A stretch of DNA of 64,000 bases from the human T2T-CHM13v2.0 reference genome, Homo sapiens. Below are positions 57,601 to 64,000 of the stretch, in pieces. The DNA is taken from NCBI RefSeq assembly GCF_009914755.1, contig NC_060940.1. One strand, written 5' to 3'. The notes beneath the pieces are model-generated. The model made no database searches, had not been told where the DNA came from, and saw nothing but the letters and a program-made list of their open reading frames with translations. The position numbers and the translations under genes are program-made. Every line of letters starts with the position of its first letter. Position 1 is the stretch's first letter.

Positions 57601-59657
57601 CCATACTCCGATGATTTCTTTTGAGCCCACTCAATGCTTCCACTCGATTCCATATGATGATGACTCCATTCGATGAAATTCGATGATGATTCCATTCGCT
57701 TGCTTTCGATGATGATTCCACTTGAGTCCGTTAGAAGATTCTATTCAATTACATTCCATGACGATTCCGTTCGAGTCCATTTGATGATTCCATTAGACTC
57801 CATTCGACGATGATTCCTTTCGATGTTATTCCATGATTCCATTCGATATCAATCGATGATGATTCCATTCAACTCCATTCGATGTTTCCATTCGAGTTCA
57901 TTCTATTATTGCATTAGATTCCATTCGATGATGATTCCATTCGATTCCATTTGATGATTGCATTCTGTTTCATTTGATGATGATTCCATTCGAGTCCACT
58001 CGATGATTCCATTCGAGTCCATTTAATGAATCCATTGGTTTCAATTCTATGATGATTACATTGGATTCCATTCGTTGATGATTTCATTCGGTTCCATTCA
58101 ATGATGATTCCATTCAATTCCTTTCAATGTTTCCATTCAATTCCATACGATGATGATTCCATTTGATTTGATTCGACAGTGAGCCATTCGATTCAATTCC
58201 ATGATGATTCTATTTGATTCAATTGGTTGACATTTCCATTCGATTCCATTCGATGATGATTCCCTTTGATTCCGTTCAAAGATGATTCCATTCTAGCCCA
58301 TTCAATCATTCCATTCGATTCTATTCAATGATGATTCCATTCATGTCGATTTGGTGATTCCATTTGACTTCATTTGATGATGATTCCTTTCAAGTTCATT
58401 AGATGATTCCATTCGATTCCATTTGATGATGATCCCATTCGAGTCCATTCAGTGATTCCATTCGTTTCCATTCCATGATGATTCCATTCCTTTCCATTCA
58501 ATGATTCCATTCGATTCCGTTTGATGATGATTTCATTCGAGTCCATTTGATGATTCCATTTGATTCCATTCGATGATGATTCCATTCGAGTCCATTCGAT
58601 GATTCTATTCGAATCCATTTGATGATTTCTTTTGATTATATTTGGTGATGATTCCATTGGAGTCCATTCAATGATTCCATTCGATTCCAATCGATGATGA
58701 TTCCATTAGAGTCCATTTAATGATTCCATTTGATTCCAGTCTCTGATGATTACATTCGAGTCCATACGATGATTCCACTCAATTCCATATGATGATGATT
58801 CCATTTGATTCCATTCGGTGATTCCATTCTATTCTATTCAATGGTGATTCCATTCGAGTACATTAGATGATTCCATTCGATTCCATTCAATGATGATTCT
58901 ATTTGTGTCCCTTAGATGATTCCACATGATTCCATTAGATGATGATACTATTTGAGCCCATCCAATGATTCCCTTCGATTCCATTCGATGAGGATTCCAT
59001 TCGATTCAATTCATTGGTGATTCTATTCAATTCAATTCTTTGATTCCATTCCATTCCATTCGACAATGATTCCATTCGATTTCTTTCGATGATTCCACTC
59101 GATTCCACTTGACATTGATTCCATTCGATTCCATTCAATGATTCCATTTGATTCCAGTGGATGATGATTGCCATCAATTCCATTCGATCACTCCATTCTA
59201 TTCCATTTGATGATGATTACATTCGATTCCATTTGATGATTCCATCTGATTCTATTCGAGGATTCCATTTGATTCCATTCGATGATGATTCCATTCGAGT
59301 CCATTCGATGATTTCATTCGAGTACATCCAATGATTCCATTCGAGTCCATTAGATGATTCCATTTGATTCCATTTGAAAATGATTCTACTAGAGTCCATT
59401 CAATGACTCCATTCGAGTCCATTCAACAATTCCATTCGACTCCATTCGATGATTCCATTCGATTCCATTTGATGGTTCCATTCGAGTCCATTTAATCATT
59501 ACAGTCGAGTCCATTTGGTGATTCCACTGGATTTCTTTTGATAATGATACCATTCAATTACATTTGATGATGATCCCATTCAATTTCATTTGATGATGAT
59601 TCCATTAGAGTCCATTCGATGATTTCATTCGAGTCCCTTCATTGATTCCATCCGATT
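51647..59657 (+). repeat. Higher-order unit U10, 8011 bp (1899-bp internal duplication, junction ~57385), haplotype A
   Basis: Paralogous ORFs 56471/58370 and 57036/58935 are 1899 apart. 6112+1899=8011. Confidence 0.9.
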
Positions 59658-62600
59658 TCATTGGATGATGACTCCATTCGAGTCCATTCGATGATTCCAC
59701 TCGATTCCATTAGATGACTCCATTGGAGTCCATTTGATTGTTCCATTCGATTCCATTCGATTCCTTTCGAAGATTATTCCATTTGAGTCCATTCGATGAT
59801 GATTCCATTCCATTCCATTCGATGATTCCGTTTGATTCCATTCGATGATTCCCTTCGATTCCTTTCTTTGATGATTTCATTCCATTCCATTCAATGATTC
59901 CATTCGAATCTATTCCATGATGATTCCTTTCGATTCCATTCGCTGATGTTTCCGTTCATTTCCATTCGATGATGATTCCATTCGATTCCATTCATTGAGG
60001 ATTCCATTTGATTCCATTCAATGATGATTCCATTCTATTCCACTCAATGATTGCATTCAATTCCATACAATGATTATCCCATTAGAGTAAACTCAACGAT
60101 TCCATTCAATACCATTCGATGATGATTCCTTTTGAGTCCATTCAATGATTTCATTCAAGTCCATTTGATGATTCCTTTCAATTCCATTCTATGATGATTC
60201 CATTCGAGTCCATTCGATGATTCCATTCAATTGCATTTGATGATTCCATTATATTCCATTCAACGGTGATTCCATTCGAGTCCATTCCATGATTCCATTA
60301 GAGTACATTTAATGATTGCTTTGTTTTCAATTCGAAGATGATTACATTGGATTCCATTCTATGATACCATTCGATTCCATTCAATGATGATTCCACTCAA
60401 ATCCATTGGATGATTCCATTCGTGTCCATTCGGTGATTTCATTAGATTCCATTCGAGGATGATTCCATTCGATTCCATTCGATGATTCCATTCAATTCCA
60501 TTCGATGATGATTCCATTCCAGTCCATATGATCATTCCATTTGATTTCATTCGATGATGATTCCATTCGATTCCATTCGATGATTCCATTCTATTCCATT
60601 CGATGATGATTCCATTCGAGTCCATTCGATGATTCCATTCGAGTCCATTTAATGATTCCATTGGGTTCAATTCAATGATGATTACATTGGATTCCGTTCT
60701 ATGATTCCATTCAATTCCATTCATTGACAATTTGATTCCATTCGATGATGATTCCATTTGAGTTCATTCGATGATTCTATTCGATTCTCTTCGATGGTGA
60801 TTCAATTCTATTATATTGGATGATTCCATTCGATTCCATTTGATGTTGATTCAATTCGATTCTATTCGATGATGATTCCATTGGATTTCACTTGATGATT
60901 CTATTCGATTCCATTCAATGATGATTCACTTCTCGTCCATTGGATGATTCCATTTCATTCCATTCGATGATGATTCCATTCGATTCCATTCGATGATTCC
61001 ATTTGATTCCATGCGACGGTGAGCAATTCGATTCAATTCCATGATGATTCTATTTGATTCAATTAGATGATGTTTCCATTCGAATCCATTCCATGATTAT
61101 TCCATTGGAATCCATTCGGCGATGATTCCATATGAGTCAATTCAATGATGATTCCATATGGGTCCGTTCGATGATAATTCCATTTGATTTCATTCGATGC
61201 TTCTATTCTATTCCAGTCGATGATGATTCCATTGGAGTCCATACGATGATTCCATTTGATTTCATTTGATGATGATTCCATTCGATGATGATTACATTGG
61301 ATTCCATTCTATGATTCCATTCAATTCCATTCGTTGATGATTCGATTCCATTCAATGATGATTCCATTTGAGTTCATTCGATGATTCTATTCGATTCCGT
61401 TCGATGGTGACTCAATTCTATTATACTGGATGATACCAGTCGATTCCATTTGATGATTATTCCATTGGAGTCCATTTAGTGAATCCTTTAGATTCTACTC
61501 GACGATGATTCCATTCGAGTCCATTCGATGATACCATTCAATTCCATTCGTTGATGCTTCCATTCAAGTGCATTCGATGATATCATTCGATTCCATTTGA
61601 TGATAATTCCATTTGATTCCATGCGATGATTCTATTCGATTCCATTCAATGATAATTCCATTCAATTCAGTGATTCCTCTGGACTCCATTTGATGATGAT
61701 TCCATTCAATGATTCCATTCGATTCTATTCGAAAATGATTCCATTTGAATCCATTTGATGATGATTCCATTAGATTCCATTTGATGATTCCATTCGATTC
61801 CATTCGACGATGATTCCATTCGATTCCGTTTGATGATTCCATTCTATTCTATTCGATGATGATTCCATTCGATTCCATTCGATGATGATTGGATTCGATT
61901 CCATTGGATGATTTCATTTGATTCCATTCGTTAATGATTTCGATCAATTCCATTCGATGATTCCATTCGATTCCATTCGATAATGATTACATCCGAGTCC
62001 ATTCGATGATTCCATTTTAGCCTGTTCGATAATTCCATTTGAGTCCAACCAATGATTCCATTCATTTCCATTCAATGATTCCATTCGAGTCCATTTGATC
62101 ATTCCGGTAGGGTCCATTCGATGTTGATTCCATTGGAGTGCATTCGATGATTCCATTCGAGTCCATTTTAGGATTTGATTCGAGTCCTTTCGATGATTCC
62201 ATTCGATTCCACTCGATGATGATTTCATTCGAGTCCATTCGACACTTCCAATCGATTCCATTTGATGATTCCATTCGAGTCCAATTGATGATTCCATTCA
62301 ATTCCATTCGATGATGATTCCGTACGATACCATTCTGTGATGATTCCATGTGATTGCATTCAATGATGATTCCTTTCGATTGCATTCGATTATGATTCAT
62401 TTCGTGTTCATTCTATGGTTCCACAGGTTTCCATTCGTGTCCATTCCATTATTCCATTCTATTCCATTTGATGATGATTCCATTCGATTCCATTCATTGG
62501 TGATTCCACTCAATTCCATTCAATGATTCCATTCCATTTCTTTCAACAATGATTCCATTAGTTTCTAATCGATGATCCACTTGATTCCATTTGACGACGA

Positions 62601-64000
62601 TTCCATTCTTGTCCATTCGATGATTCCATTTGATTCCATATGATGATGATTCCATTCGATTCCATACCATGATGATTCCATTCGAGTCCATTCAATGGTG
62701 ATTCCATTCAATTCCATTCGATGATTCCTTTTGATTCCATTCGATGATGATGGCATTCGATTCCTTTCAATCATTCCCTTTGATTCCATTCAAAGGTGAT
62801 TTCATTCAAGTCCATTCGATAATTGCATTCGATTCCATTCTATGATGATTCCATTCGAGTCCATTTGATGATTCCATTCAATTCAAGTCAATGATGATTC
62901 CATTCGATTCCATTCGATGATTCCATTGGATTCCATTCGATGATGATTCCATTCAAATCCTTTCGATAATTCAATTCAAGTCCATTCGATGATGATTCCA
63001 ATCGAATCCATTCAAAGATTCCATTCAGTTCCATTCGATGATTCCCTTAGATTCCATTCGATGATTCCACTTGATTGCATTTACGATGATTCCATTCGAT
63101 TCCATGTGATGATTCCATTCAATTCTATTCAATGATGTCTCCATTTGATTCCATTCGACCATGATTGCCTTTGATTCCATTCAATGATTCCATTCGGTTC
63201 CGTTTGATGATGATTCCGTTCGATTCCATTTGATGATTCCATTTGATTCCATTGGATGGGTCCATTCGATTACATTCGATGATTATTCCATTCGAGTGCA
63301 TTAGATGATTCCATTCGAGTCCATTCGATGATTCCATTCGATTCCATTCGATGTTGATTCTGTTCAAATCCATTCGATGATTCCACTCGATTCCATTCGT
63401 TGACTCCATTTGATCCCATTCGATGATTTCCTTTGATTCCCTTTGATGATCATTCCATTTGATTCAATTCGGTGATTTCATTTGATTCCATTCAGTGATG
63501 TTTCCATTCGACTCCATTCGATGATGATTCCATTCGACTCCATTCGATTATGATTTCATTCAATTCCATTCGATAATGATTCCCTGCGAGTCTATTCGAT
63601 GATTCCATTCGATTCCATTCAACGATGATTTGATTCGTGTCCATTCGATGATTCCATTTGATTCCACTTGATGATGATTCCATTCGAGCCCATTTGATGA
63701 TTCCATTCAATTCCATACTCCGATGATTTCTTTTGAGCCCACTCAATGCTTCCACTCGATTCCATATGATGATGACTCCATTCGATGAAATTCGATGATG
63801 ATTCCATTCGCTTGCTTTCGATGATGATTCCACTTGAGTCCGTTAGAAGATTCTATTCAATTACATTCCATGACGATTCCGTTCGAGTCCATTTGATGAT
63901 TCCATTAGACTCCATTCGACGATGATTCCATTCGATGTTATTCGATGATTCCATTTGATCTCATTCGATGATGATTCCATTCAACTCCATTCGATGTTTC
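59658..64000 (+). repeat. Higher-order unit U11, truncated by the window end, haplotype A
   Basis: Landmark TCCGATTTCATTGGATGATGACTCC at ~59651. ORFs are colinear with U10 at offset 8011 (52348/60359, 55481/63492). Confidence 0.88.

Larger units (their letters stand above)
1..64000 (+). repeat. Human satellite 2 (HSat2/HSATII) pericentromeric array, CATTC strand on +; ~6.1-kb period suggests the HSat2B (chr16q11.2-type) subfamily
   Basis: Continuous ATTCCATTCGATTCCATTCGATGATG-type repeats with the HSat2-diagnostic CATTCGATTC and GATGAT spacers and frequent TCGA. Long pure (CATTC)n runs typical of HSat3 are absent. Subfamily and chromosome are inferred from the recalled period, not from alignment. 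Confidence 0.96.

Noticed and set aside
14-63833. Many minus-strand ORFs (60-165 aa, MESSNGIEWNH-like)
   Set aside because: These are direct translations of GAATG/ATC repeats. They are low complexity, overlap in several frames, recur once per unit and are freely broken by indels. The strand bias arises because GATGAT puts TGA stops on the + strand.
1-64000. CRISPR-like array of 23-26-bp repeats
   Set aside because: There are no unique spacers, leader or cas genes, and the repeats are contiguous degenerate satellite monomers.
1-64000. Inversion or strand switch, or HSat3 assignment
   Set aside because: No GAATG-rich tract is seen on the + strand. CATTCGATTC with GATGAT spacers dominates over long (CATTC)n runs, which indicates HSat2.

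Overview
The whole 64-kb window is one uninterrupted, single-orientation array of classical human-type satellite 2 (HSat2/HSATII). It consists of degenerate CATTC pentamers in 23/26-bp monomers of the ATTCCATTCG(A/G)TTCCATTCGATG(ATG) type, organised into a ~6.11-kb higher-order unit with about 10.7 copies. From recall, a ~6.1-kb period fits the HSat2B array of human 16q11.2, but I have not verified this by alignment. I see no credible genes, RNA genes, mobile elements or CRISPR arrays, and all listed ORFs are artefacts of the repeat. I did not find a novel coding system. The real signal is in the array's evolution. Unit lengths vary (4758, 6089, 6095, 4530, 6111, 5542, 6062, 6138, 6308 and 8011 bp), and most small indels are sums of 10/13/23/26 bp. 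A ~25-kb block of a second unit haplotype is embedded in the main one, and one scrambled unit carries ~190 bp of satellite foreign to the 6.1-kb unit. Duplication junctions join different haplotypes, which points to unequal exchange or conversion and possibly a nascent ~8.0-kb unit. Unit boundaries are set arbitrarily at a recurrent landmark (TCCGATTTCATT(G/T)GATGATGACTCC), and junction coordinates are approximate because of microhomology.
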